The notes: generated by a model from the letters alone, not told the origin. A DNA stretch of 13,511 bases from Gemmatimonadaceae bacterium (GCA_040902005.1 JBBDYA010000117.1:1-13511); one strand, 5' to 3'. Counted from the stretch's first letter, positions 1 to 8,173 are shown. Numbers and translations are program-made.

Positions 1-620
1 ACCAGCGCGTTGATGCCGGTGATCCCGAGCTTGACGCAGATGTGCGACCGGTGATGCTCCACCGTCTTCGCCGTGACGCCCAGCGCCTCCGCAATCTGCC
101 GAGTGGACCGCTCGCTGGCGATGAGATGCAGCACCTTCCGCTCCGTCGGCGTCAGGGTGGCGAGCGCCTGCTGCACGGGATCCTCGGGCTCCTCCTGCGA
201 GCGCCGCGACACCAGATGATGCGCCACTCCCGGGCTGACGTACGTGCCGCCTTCGGCGACCATATTGAGGCACGCGACGATGTCCGCCGCCGCATTCTCC
301 TTCAGCACGTAGCCGCGCACGCCCGCGTCGAGCGCGCCCTCCAGCATGCCGCGCGACTTGTGCATCGTCAGCAGAATCACGCTCACGCCGGGATGCTTGG
401 ACCGCAGCACCGCGGCCACCTCGAGCCCGTTCCGCCTGGGCATGTCGATGTCCAGGATCGCGAATCCCGGGCGATGGGCCGCGATGAGCGCCAGCGCCTG
501 CTCACCGTCCGCCGCCTCGCCCACCACCTGCACCGCGCCGTCACCCGCGAGCAGGTCCACCAGTCCACGGCGGAAGAGCGGATGATCGTCGGCGACGACG
601 ACCGTGCGCGGACCGCTCAC
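1..620 (-). CDS. NarL/FixJ-family response regulator (REC + LuxR-type HTH), 3' end truncated by window edge
   Basis: Translated by hand (absent from the ORF track because no stop falls in the window). GTG start at 620 overlaps the kinase stop (GTGA, 617-620). MSGPRTVVVADDHPLFRRGL...FAILDIDMPRRNGLEV...ILLTMHK...GYVLKENA gives the receiver DD, D, T and K residues; LTPTERKVLHLIASERSTRQIAEALGVTAKTVEHHRSHICVKLG is the LuxR HTH. Confidence 0.95.
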   Translation of the reverse strand, partial: MSGPRTVVVADDHPLFRRGLVDLLAGDGAVQVVGEAADGEQALALIAAHRPGFAILDIDMPRRNGLEVAAVLRSKHPGVSVILLTMHKSRGMLEGALDAGVRGYVLKENAAADIVACLNMVAEGGTYVSPGVAHHLVSRRSQEEPEDPVQQALATLTPTERKVLHLIASERSTRQIAEALGVTAKTVEHHRSHICVKLGITGINAL

Positions 621-3586
621 CGCGTCTCCCCCGGCCGAATGGCCGGAATGGTGACGACGATCGTGGTGCCGGAGTCCGGCGCGCTGTACACCTCGTGCCG
701 CCCGCCCAGCAGCGTCACCCGCTGGCCGATCCCCGAGAGCCCGAAGCCGATCGAGTGTTTGGCGACGACGAATCCGTTGCCGTTGTCGGCGATGGTGAGG
801 CGAACGGCGTCGCCGTCGGCCGTGAGCGATACCCGCGCATTGGTGGCGTTGGCGTGCTTCAGGATGTTGCTCAACGCCTCTTGCACGATCCGGTAGACGT
901 TGATCGCCGCTTCCGGGTCCAGCAGAGGGTCCACGTCTCGCACGTCGGCGGTGACCGTCGTTGCGACGCTCGAGGCGTGCTCCACCGCCGATCGCACGGC
1001 GACCGCGAGTCCCAGTCGGTCCAGCTCGTGCGGCCGCAGGTTGTGCGAGATCGTGCGCGTCTCCTCGATCGTGTCGGCCACCACCGACGCGATCTCGTCG
1101 AGGTGCTTTCGCGCGTCGTCGCTCAGCGCGGACGACCGGAGGGCGAGCACCGCGCGGTTTCGCGCCACGAGCAGTCCCTGTCCGACAGAATCGTGCAACT
1201 CCGCGGCGATGCGTTTGCGCTCGGTTTCCTGCCCATCGATGAAGCGCTTCGCGAACGCCTGCTGCCGCTGGTGCTCCTGCCGGAGGCGCACGAAGCGGCG
1301 CCGAATCGCCGCGCCGGTGGCGCCCACCACCGTCAGGCCAGCGAGTAGCCGGAAGCCAAGCGTCTCCCAGAACAGCGGCAGCACCCGGATGGGAAGCACC
1401 GCCGCCTGGCCCCAGCGGCCGTCGCGGTTCGCCGCCTGCACCTCGAACTGATACCGCCCGTGCGGCAGGCGTTGGTAGTGCGCCTGCCGCAGCGTGCCCA
1501 CGACGTTCCAGTCGTCCTCGAACTCCGCGAGCCGGTATCGGAACATGACGTGCTCGGGCGCGATGAGACTGAGCCCCGTGTAGTGCACCTCGAGGCGGCG
1601 CGAGCCCGGACCGATCTCCCGCTCCGCCCCGGCGGCGAGCGGCGCGCCGTCCACTCGCACGTCCTCGATCGCCGCCGGGGGCGGTTGCTCCCGAACCCCA
1701 TGGCCGGCTGGATCGACCATCGCCACGCCGCGCACCGTCGGGAACCACATCGTTCCATCGCGCGCGCGCCACGCGGCCGGCTGGAATCCGCCGTTCGTCT
1801 CCACACTGAGGAGGCCATCGGTGCGGTCGTACAACACGCCGCGCACGCGCCGCAGTGCTCCGTCGGCGAACGCCGACAGCTCGGCGCGGTGCACTCGGTG
1901 GATGCCGCGGTTCCCGGTCATCCAGAAATAGCCGCTGTCGTCCTCCAGGATTGACGATACCACGTTGTCCGCCAGGCCCTCAAGCTCCCCAATGGCCGTG
2001 AATCGGCCGCTCTTCAGGCGAGCGAGACCGCCGCCGTACGTTCCGATCCAATGCACGCCGTCGGCGTCCTGGTGCACCGCGCGGACGTGGTCGGTGGGCA
2101 GTCCGTCGGCCGAAGTGAACCAGGTGAAACGCTCCCCCGCGAGCATGCCGAGCCCTCCGGGCGTCCCCACCCAGATCGCGCCGCCGGCGTCCTCGGTGAC
2201 GAAGAGGACGCTTTCGTCCCGCATTCCGTCGGCACGGCCATAGTGGCGCGAGCTGCCGTCGGGGCGCAACGCCGTCAGTCCGCCGCGGAGCCGGCCGGCC
2301 CACATCGTGCCGTCGCGCCCCTCGTGGAGCGCGTGCACCAGTCCGACGACGCTGCCGTCGGACGCTCGCACGATGTCCGCGCGGCCGTCACGAAGTCGGT
2401 AGAGCGGTCCGTAATGGCCCACCCAGAGCGAGCCGTCCGCGCCGCGCGCAAGCGACATCGGACAGTCGGGGCCGCGACCACCGCCGGGCCAGGGAAACCG
2501 CTGGACGGTCTCGGAACCGGGCCGCAAGACGTGAAGGCCGGCACAATTGGTTCCGAAGATCATGCGACCGTCGCGGTCCTGGATGACCGCGGTCATCTGA
2601 TCTTTCGAAAGCCCGTCGCGTTCGGCGTACACGCGAAAGCGGCGCCTGGTCACGCGAATCAGGCCGTCGCCATTCGTGCCGGCCCAGAGGAGGCCTTCAC
2701 GGTCCGCGAAGACGGTGCGAACGTTGTAGCGCACGCCGCGCTCCGGGATCGGCACGGGCGTGGTGAGAGGCCCCCGAGCGTCGCGCTGAAAGAGACTCAG
2801 CCCGTTGCCGCCGATCCAGTAGTTGCCGCCGCCGTCACGCGCGAACGCGGAGCTACCCGACGTCCCGAGTTGCTCACGCCGCCACAGCCGATCCGGCTGC
2901 CCTTCCCCCAGCTGGAGCAGCCCGCCGCCCTGCATCACGAACCAGCGACCGCCAGGCTCCTGGAGCGCGAAGGACGTCGCTCCCGCCGGCAGCGCCACGG
3001 TGTTGCCCGAGCGATGCAGCCCGCCGCGCGGCGCGATGGCGTACCAGAGCACGCCGGTGGCGTCGCGCCGGATCCCCCACGCGCCGCTGTGCGCCGCCAC
3101 GATCGTGAAGCGGCCTGCGGCGTACCGTGTGAGCTTGCCGTCGGCAAGGAGCCAGACCGTACCGTCGGCATCCGCGTGCACGCCGCTGACCAGGGCTCCG
3201 GGCAGGCCTTCGGCCGCGCGCAGCACCGTGAAGCGGCGGTCGCGATACCGCAGGAGTCCGTTCTCCGTGGCGATCCACAACGCGCTGTCCGGGCCCACGG
3301 AGAGCGCGACCACGCGATCCACGTGCGTGCCGGCCGAATCGCGCCGATCGATGACGGTGAAGCGCACGCCGTCGAACCGCGCCAGGCCGCCGGAGGTGCC
3401 GAGCCAGAGGTACCCGTCGGGGGTCTGCGCGATCGCGTTGACGGAGTTCTGCGGCAACCCATGATCGGTGGTCCAGACCTGGACCGAATGGTCATCCAGT
3501 CGCCGGTCCGCCGCGGCGGCCTGCGCAAGCGTTGAGGCCGCCGGAACAGCCAGCGAGAGAACCGTGACTGCTCGGCGACACCGCAT
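617..3586 (-). CDS. Membrane sensor histidine kinase: signal peptide, Reg_prop beta-propeller repeats, Y_Y_Y domain, one TM helix, HisKA_3, HATPase_c (~989 aa)
   Basis: Repeated GLPxxxVxxIxxDxxGxLWxGT blades (e.g. GLPQNSVNAIAQTPDGYLWLGTSGGLARFDG); Y_Y_Y segment FRYRLAEFEDDW...YQRLPHGRYQFEVQA; TM FWETLGFRLLAGLTVVGATGAAI; H-box ERKRIAAELHDSVGQ; N-box EALSNILKHA; DNGNGF and GFGLSG boxes. ATG at 3586 (MRCRRAVTVLSLAVPAASTLAQA) is preferred over the track start at 3673 because it yields a signal peptide. Confidence 0.93.
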   Translation of the reverse strand: MRCRRAVTVLSLAVPAASTLAQAAAADRRLDDHSVQVWTTDHGLPQNSVNAIAQTPDGYLWLGTSGGLARFDGVRFTVIDRRDSAGTHVDRVVALSVGPDSALWIATENGLLRYRDRRFTVLRAAEGLPGALVSGVHADADGTVWLLADGKLTRYAAGRFTIVAAHSGAWGIRRDATGVLWYAIAPRGGLHRSGNTVALPAGATSFALQEPGGRWFVMQGGGLLQLGEGQPDRLWRREQLGTSGSSAFARDGGGNYWIGGNGLSLFQRDARGPLTTPVPIPERGVRYNVRTVFADREGLLWAGTNGDGLIRVTRRRFRVYAERDGLSKDQMTAVIQDRDGRMIFGTNCAGLHVLRPGSETVQRFPWPGGGRGPDCPMSLARGADGSLWVGHYGPLYRLRDGRADIVRASDGSVVGLVHALHEGRDGTMWAGRLRGGLTALRPDGSSRHYGRADGMRDESVLFVTEDAGGAIWVGTPGGLGMLAGERFTWFTSADGLPTDHVRAVHQDADGVHWIGTYGGGLARLKSGRFTAIGELEGLADNVVSSILEDDSGYFWMTGNRGIHRVHRAELSAFADGALRRVRGVLYDRTDGLLSVETNGGFQPAAWRARDGTMWFPTVRGVAMVDPAGHGVREQPPPAAIEDVRVDGAPLAAGAEREIGPGSRRLEVHYTGLSLIAPEHVMFRYRLAEFEDDWNVVGTLRQAHYQRLPHGRYQFEVQAANRDGRWGQAAVLPIRVLPLFWETLGFRLLAGLTVVGATGAAIRRRFVRLRQEHQRQQAFAKRFIDGQETERKRIAAELHDSVGQGLLVARNRAVLALRSSALSDDARKHLDEIASVVADTIEETRTISHNLRPHELDRLGLAVAVRSAVEHASSVATTVTADVRDVDPLLDPEAAINVYRIVQEALSNILKHANATNARVSLTADGDAVRLTIADNGNGFVVAKHSIGFGLSGIGQRVTLLGGRHEVYSAPDSGTTIVVTIPAIRPGETR

Positions 3587-3635
3587 GGGCAGACGAGCTG
3601 GAAGTGGACCGCATTTCGCTGCGTGTAGCCAAGGC

Positions 3636-3654
3636 GGGACAGCCAAAGTGTCCC
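3636..3654. promoter_or_regulatory. Inverted repeat GGGACA-N7-TGTCCC in the divergent kinase/tldD intergenic region; candidate operator
   Basis: Perfect 6-bp arms read directly from the sequence. Function is inferred from position only. Confidence 0.3.
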
Positions 3655-3757
3655 ACGGCACGCGTCTCGTCAACGTGCGACGGGCCGGTATCGTAGGTTG
3701 AAAGAAGGGGCCTCACGCGCAATCTTCCGTCGTCCTCACCCGCACGGATTCCGTCCC

Positions 3758-5380
3758 ATGACCGTTTCCCGCCGCAAGTTCGTCACGTCCGCATCCGCCG
3801 CCGTCGCGCTCTCCGCTATCGGCTCGCGAGCGGACGCACTCATTGCTGCTCCCGAGGTTCTCGTCAGCGCCCGCGGCCGCGCCGAGGAGTTCAAGGAGCT
3901 GGCCATGCGCGGCGTGGACGCCGCCCGCGTCGCCGGCGCCCAGTACGCCGACGCGCGCATCGCCCGCTACCGACAGCAGTCGGTGCAGACGCGCGAGCGG
4001 CGCGTGCAGGGGCTCCAGGACAACGAGACGGAAGGGGTGGGGATCCGCGCGCTGGTGGACGGCGCGTGGGGGTTCGCGGCGACGGCCGTGCTCACGACCG
4101 ACGCGGTGACCGCGGTGGCACGCCAGGCGGTGGAGCAGGCAAAGGCCAACCGCGCCGCGCTCGCGCGTCCCATCGTGCTGGCGCCGTACGGCCCGGCGCA
4201 GACGGGCACGTGGCGCTCGCCGATCCGGACGGACCCGTTCACGATCCCGATCGCGGAGAAGGCGGAGATCCTCCTCGCGGCCAACGCGGCGGCGATGGGG
4301 GTGCGCGGCGTGCGCTTCGCCAGCTCCGGCGTGAACTTCCTGCGCGAGGAGAAGTGGTTCGCCAACTCCGAGGGCTCGTACACCGAGCAGGTGCTCTTTC
4401 GCTGCTCGCCGAACATGAACTGCACCGCGGTCGCCGCGGACAACTCCGACTTCCAGTCGCGCAACTCCACCGAGGTGTCACCGCGCGGACTCGGCTACGA
4501 GTACTTCCTCGAGGCCGACCTGCCGGGCAAGGCGCCCGGCTGGGCGAACGAAGCCGTGCAGAAGCTGTCGGCGAAGCCGGTGGAAGTGGGGCGCTACGAC
4601 CTGGTGCTGCACCCCACGCACCTCTGGCTCACCATCCACGAGTCCATCGCCCACCCCACGGAGCTGGATCGCGCGCTGGGCTTCGAGGCCAACTACGCGG
4701 GCACCAGCTTCGTTGCCCCGCCGGAGCGCGTGCTCGGCACGCTCAAGTACGGCTCGGCGCTGCTCAACGTGCAGGGGAACCGCCACGAGCCGGGCTCACT
4801 CTCGGCGTGCGGCTGGGACGACGAGGGGGTCGTGCCAGACGTGTACGACATCGTCAAGGATGGCATGTTCGTGGACTACCAGACCACGCGCGAGCAGGCG
4901 CCGTATCTCGCGGACTACTATAGAAGGATCGGGAAGCCGGTGCGGTCGCACGGCAACTCGTATGCGCAGTCCTGGTCGGACGTGCAGTTCCAGCGCATGC
5001 CGAACGTCTCGCAGCTCCCGGGCACCGCGGACACCACGTGGGACGACCTCATCGCCGCGACGGACCGCGGGATCGGGATCGTGGGCAGTGGCAGTTTCTC
5101 CATCGACCAGCAGCGCTACAACGCGCAGTTCGGCGGCCAGGTGTTCTACGAGATTCGCGGCGGCAAGATTACCGGAATGCTCAAGGATGTCGCGTACCAG
5201 ATGCGGACGCCCGAGTTCTGGGCCGGCCTCGACATGATCGGCGGCCAGCGCAGTTACTGGATGGGCGGCACGAACGGCGACGGGAAGGGACAGCCGGCGC
5301 AGAGCAACGCGGTGTCGCACGGGTGCGTTCCGTCGCGGTTCCGCAACGTCAACGTCATCAACACGGGGAGGAGCGCGTGA
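3758..5380 (+). CDS. tldD: TldD/PmbA-family metalloprotease, catalytic TldD-type subunit with Tat signal peptide (540 aa)
   Basis: GVGIRALVDGAWGFAA; HExxxH motif LTIHESIAHPTELDR (4637-4654); GWDDEGV; QRMPNVS; SIDQQRYNAQFGG; C-terminal DGKGQP...SHGC...FRNVNV. ATG at 3758 gives MTVSRRKFV..ADA. Confidence 0.93.
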   Translation: MTVSRRKFVTSASAAVALSAIGSRADALIAAPEVLVSARGRAEEFKELAMRGVDAARVAGAQYADARIARYRQQSVQTRERRVQGLQDNETEGVGIRALVDGAWGFAATAVLTTDAVTAVARQAVEQAKANRAALARPIVLAPYGPAQTGTWRSPIRTDPFTIPIAEKAEILLAANAAAMGVRGVRFASSGVNFLREEKWFANSEGSYTEQVLFRCSPNMNCTAVAADNSDFQSRNSTEVSPRGLGYEYFLEADLPGKAPGWANEAVQKLSAKPVEVGRYDLVLHPTHLWLTIHESIAHPTELDRALGFEANYAGTSFVAPPERVLGTLKYGSALLNVQGNRHEPGSLSACGWDDEGVVPDVYDIVKDGMFVDYQTTREQAPYLADYYRRIGKPVRSHGNSYAQSWSDVQFQRMPNVSQLPGTADTTWDDLIAATDRGIGIVGSGSFSIDQQRYNAQFGGQVFYEIRGGKITGMLKDVAYQMRTPEFWAGLDMIGGQRSYWMGGTNGDGKGQPAQSNAVSHGCVPSRFRNVNVINTGRSA

Positions 5381-6792
5381 GCAGCATCAACGGAACCGGC
5401 GCACCGCGCTCGCTGTTCGCACCGCCGCGCCATTCAGCCGCGGCGAACCTGATCACGCGTGCCGAAGCAGAGGCGCTGGCGAAAAAGGTGCTGTCGTTCG
5501 CCACGGCCGACGAGACGCGCGTGAGCATCGACAGCACGGCGGCGGGCAACATGCGGTTCGCGGTGAACCAGGCGTCCACCTCCGGCGACAGCATGGACAC
5601 CAGGATCACGGTGCGCAGCGTCTACGGCAAGCGCGCCGCGTCCTCGACGACCAACAAGCGCGATGATGCGTCGCTGAAGGCGGTGGTGGAGCGCAGCGAG
5701 GCGCTGGCGAAGCTCGCGCCGGAAGACCCCGAGTACATGCCGGAGCTGGGGCCGCAGACGTACACGGCAACGCCGGCGTGGAACGAGGCGACGGCGACGC
5801 TCACCGCTGCACAGCGGGCGCACGCGGTGAACGCGATCACCAGCATCGCGAAGGAGGCGGGGCTCGTGTCTACCGGGTTCCTGGAGGTAGACGTGGGCGC
5901 CAACGCGGTCGCCAACAGCAAGGGACTGTTCGGGTATCATCGCGCCACCACGGTGGCGCTCACCACCACGGTTCGCACCCCGGACGGCACGGGAAGCGGG
6001 TGGGCGGGGACGCAGGCCAACGACTTCTCCCGGATCGACGCGGCCGCGCTGGGACGCCGGGCAGCGGACAAGGCGCGCCGCTCGGCGCCCGCGGTGGCGA
6101 TCGAGCCGGGGCGGTACACGGTGGTCCTCGAGCCCACCGCAGCGGCGAACATCGTGCAGCTCATCGTCGGGTCGCTGAGCGCCCGCAACGCGGACGAAGG
6201 GCGCAGCTTCTTCTCGAAGCCCGGGGGCGGGAACAAGATCGGCGAGAAGGTGCTGGACGCGCGCGTCACGATCCAGTCGGACCCGATGAGCGCGGAGACG
6301 CCGGGCTCTCCGTTCTCCGGAGATGGAACGCCGAACCGTCCACGCGTGTGGATCGAGAACGGCGTCGTGAAGAATCTCTCCTACGACCGGTACTGGGCGC
6401 AGCGGCAGGGGATGGAGCCCACCGGCGGCGGCTTCGGGATGGGGCTCAAGATGCTTGGCGGGAACGCGACGCTGGAGGAGATGATCGCGAGCACCGAGCG
6501 CGGGATCCTGTGCACGCGGTTCTGGTACATCCGCGGCGTGGACCAGCGGACGATCCTGTTCACCGGGCTCACGCGCGACGGCACGTTCCTGATCGAGAAC
6601 GGCAGGGTCACGCACCCGATCAAGAACATGCGGTGGAACGAGTCTCCGATCTTCGTGCTGAACAGTCTCGAGATGCTGGGGCAGCCGGTGCGGGTGAGTT
6701 CGAGCGAGAGCGGGAGCGCGGGGAACGCGGTGGTAATGCCCGCGATCAAGGCGCGCGATTTTAACTTCACGTCGCTGTCGGACGCAGTCTAG
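5377..6792 (+). CDS. tldE: TldD/PmbA-family protein, non-catalytic TldE/PmbA-type partner (471 aa)
   Basis: GTG start overlaps the tldD stop (GTGA) with GGAGGAG Shine-Dalgarno at 5367-5373. Motifs NMRFAVNQ, IEPGRYTVVLEPTA, EGRSFFS, WIENGVVKNL, RFWYIR, TGLTRDGTFLIENG, FNFTSLSDAV. No HExxxH seen. Confidence 0.88.
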   Translation: MSSINGTGAPRSLFAPPRHSAAANLITRAEAEALAKKVLSFATADETRVSIDSTAAGNMRFAVNQASTSGDSMDTRITVRSVYGKRAASSTTNKRDDASLKAVVERSEALAKLAPEDPEYMPELGPQTYTATPAWNEATATLTAAQRAHAVNAITSIAKEAGLVSTGFLEVDVGANAVANSKGLFGYHRATTVALTTTVRTPDGTGSGWAGTQANDFSRIDAAALGRRAADKARRSAPAVAIEPGRYTVVLEPTAAANIVQLIVGSLSARNADEGRSFFSKPGGGNKIGEKVLDARVTIQSDPMSAETPGSPFSGDGTPNRPRVWIENGVVKNLSYDRYWAQRQGMEPTGGGFGMGLKMLGGNATLEEMIASTERGILCTRFWYIRGVDQRTILFTGLTRDGTFLIENGRVTHPIKNMRWNESPIFVLNSLEMLGQPVRVSSSESGSAGNAVVMPAIKARDFNFTSLSDAV

Positions 6793-6824
6793 CTTTTTGT
6801 CTGGGAGTTGCCACGCGGGCTGAA

Positions 6825-6984
6825 GCGGGGGGGGGCGAGCGGCGTGCGGCTCGCTCCGCGCGCACGCTCGACTCGCTCTGCTCGTCTCGCTTGGCCTCGC
6901 CGACCACCCGCTTCGCGGGCACCCGGTCGGCTCAGACAGCGCGCGTCGGAGCCGCACGCCACTCGCCCCGCCGCACAGTTGCGG
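6825..6984. repeat. Nested long inverted-repeat (fold-back) element between convergent genes
   Basis: 6832-6852 GGGGCGAGCGGCGTGCGGCTC versus 6949-6969 GAGCCGCACGCCACTCGCCCC pair at 20/21 positions. Inner stem GCCGACC (6899-6905) with GGTCGGC (6925-6931) encloses CCCGC-TTC-GCGGG. A further hairpin CCGCA-CAGT-TGCGG lies at 6971-6984. Confidence 0.85.
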
Positions 6985-7049
6985 ACCAACGCTAGCCTGG
7001 CACGTCCTCCCGGCTCGAGAGTCTACCGCGAAGTCAGCGCGCCGAATTC

Positions 7050-7544
7050 CTAGGAAACCGCAGTGGGGTTGCGCGGAAGATATGCCGGATGCCGCTCCGC
7101 GGCGGTACCCTCGGACAATGCCGGCGCGCGGCGAGCGATGGACAGTGTCGCCGCCGCCAGGCCCGCGCCCAGCAGTCCATTCGTGATGACCGTCGAGACG
7201 ATCGCCGCCATGGGAACCGTGACCTCGATGGTCGCCAGGACAATGGCGCGACCGATCACCGGAAGGAGCAGTGCCCCCGCCGCGCCACAGGCCGCGATCC
7301 ACGGAATGCTCAGCGTGTCGAACGTCCGGCGACGCCCCGCGACCAGGAGGATGGTCGCGAAGGTGGCGCCGCAGATGGCGCCCACGACCGCCTGAGTGAT
7401 CGCGACCGTTACGAACAGGCGCAGCGGCAGCGAGCGGCCCAGGAGTGCTGCGACGCTGAACGGAATCAACGATACGGGAACCCATACGACGGCCCACGTC
7501 ATGGCTGTGGCGGCGATGCCGCGGAGTCTCTGGAGGAAGCGCAT
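7050..7544 (-). CDS. Hypothetical integral membrane protein (~4 TM helices, 164 aa)
   Basis: Four hydrophobic Ala/Gly-rich segments; GGAG about 10 nt upstream of ATG 7544 (alternative TTG at 7550); lies 17 bp after the upstream gene's stop, so probably co-transcribed. Confidence 0.75.
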   Translation of the reverse strand: MRFLQRLRGIAATAMTWAVVWVPVSLIPFSVAALLGRSLPLRLFVTVAITQAVVGAICGATFATILLVAGRRRTFDTLSIPWIAACGAAGALLLPVIGRAIVLATIEVTVPMAAIVSTVITNGLLGAGLAAATLSIARRAPALSEGTAAERHPAYLPRNPTAVS

Positions 7545-7561
7545 CGGCAAGGGTCTCCGGT

Positions 7562-8173
7562 CTACGGCCGGCCGAGCCCCGGGACCGGACGGCCGAGGAA
7601 CTCCTCGATCGGCTGCGTGCCGCTGTCGCTCATGCGATGGTCGTCCATGAGGTTGATGGCGCGCGTGTGCCGCAGCACGTCGTCCGCCGGAAGTCCCTGC
7701 TGGATGAGGTACGCGCCCCAGAGGTGACTCGCCCGCCAGGCGATGGTGCAGTGCAGCAGCACCTTGCCCTCGGCGTCACGCATGGCTTGCGTGAACGTCT
7801 CGAGCCCCGCCGGGGAATACGGGAGCGCGGCGGTGCCGCGCATCGGGATGTAGACGTACCTCATCCCCAGCTCCGCCACGAGCTTCGGCTCGTCGTAGCC
7901 GATGCGCGCCATTTCCTCGGGACTTCGCAGGTTGATGACGGTAGTCACCCCCAGCGCTTTCATCTCGCGCAGCGCCTTCTCCGTGGGCTGTCCGGCGACG
8001 AAGAAGTCGTCGCCCACTTTCGCGTAGCGCGACTGGAACATCCCCTCGATGGGCAGGAGCACGGGCGCCGGCACGGCGCTGATGGAGTCCACGCGCGCCA
8101 TCGGCTGGGCGTTGGCGCGCGGAACGAAGAGGGCGGACGCGAGGAGTGCGATTGCCAGTGCGGAGCGATTCAT
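7562..8173 (-). CDS. Secreted DUF442/Blh-like phosphatase-fold (sulfurtransferase-domain) protein
   Basis: Sec-type signal MNRSALAIALLASALFVPRANA|Q; AGQPTEKALREMKALGVTTVINLR, LGMRYVYIP, GKVLLHCTIAWRAS (H-C-x4-R); AGGA upstream of the ATG. Confidence 0.85.
   Translation of the reverse strand: MNRSALAIALLASALFVPRANAQPMARVDSISAVPAPVLLPIEGMFQSRYAKVGDDFFVAGQPTEKALREMKALGVTTVINLRSPEEMARIGYDEPKLVAELGMRYVYIPMRGTAALPYSPAGLETFTQAMRDAEGKVLLHCTIAWRASHLWGAYLIQQGLPADDVLRHTRAINLMDDHRMSDSGTQPIEEFLGRPVPGLGRP

Noticed and set aside
42..896. 284-aa plus-strand ORF
   Set aside because: Antisense shadow of the regulator and kinase; Arg/His-rich with no motifs, typical of high-GC DNA.
2051..3535. 494-aa plus-strand ORF
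   Set aside because: Antisense to the sensor kinase; no recognisable domain.
3587..3757. Longer starts for the kinase (3673) and tldD (3698)
   Set aside because: TTG starts that would bury the signal peptides and leave almost no room for promoters.
5038..5376. N-terminal extension of the tldE ORF in the track
   Set aside because: Overlaps tldD out of frame; the GTG at 5377 has a strong Shine-Dalgarno and stop/start coupling.
6770..6798. T5 run after the tldE stop as an intrinsic terminator
   Set aside because: No convincing GC hairpin directly before the T-tract.
6808..7053. Short ORFs across the fold-back element (81 aa plus strand, 66 aa minus strand) as a TldDE substrate or RiPP precursor
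   Set aside because: Arg/Ala/Pro composition simply reflects the GC-rich palindrome; no leader/core pattern and no modification enzymes nearby.
5434..7497. 687-aa minus-strand ORF crossing tldE and the fold-back element
   Set aside because: Low-complexity Arg/Gly/Pro shadow frame; stop codons are scarce at this GC content.
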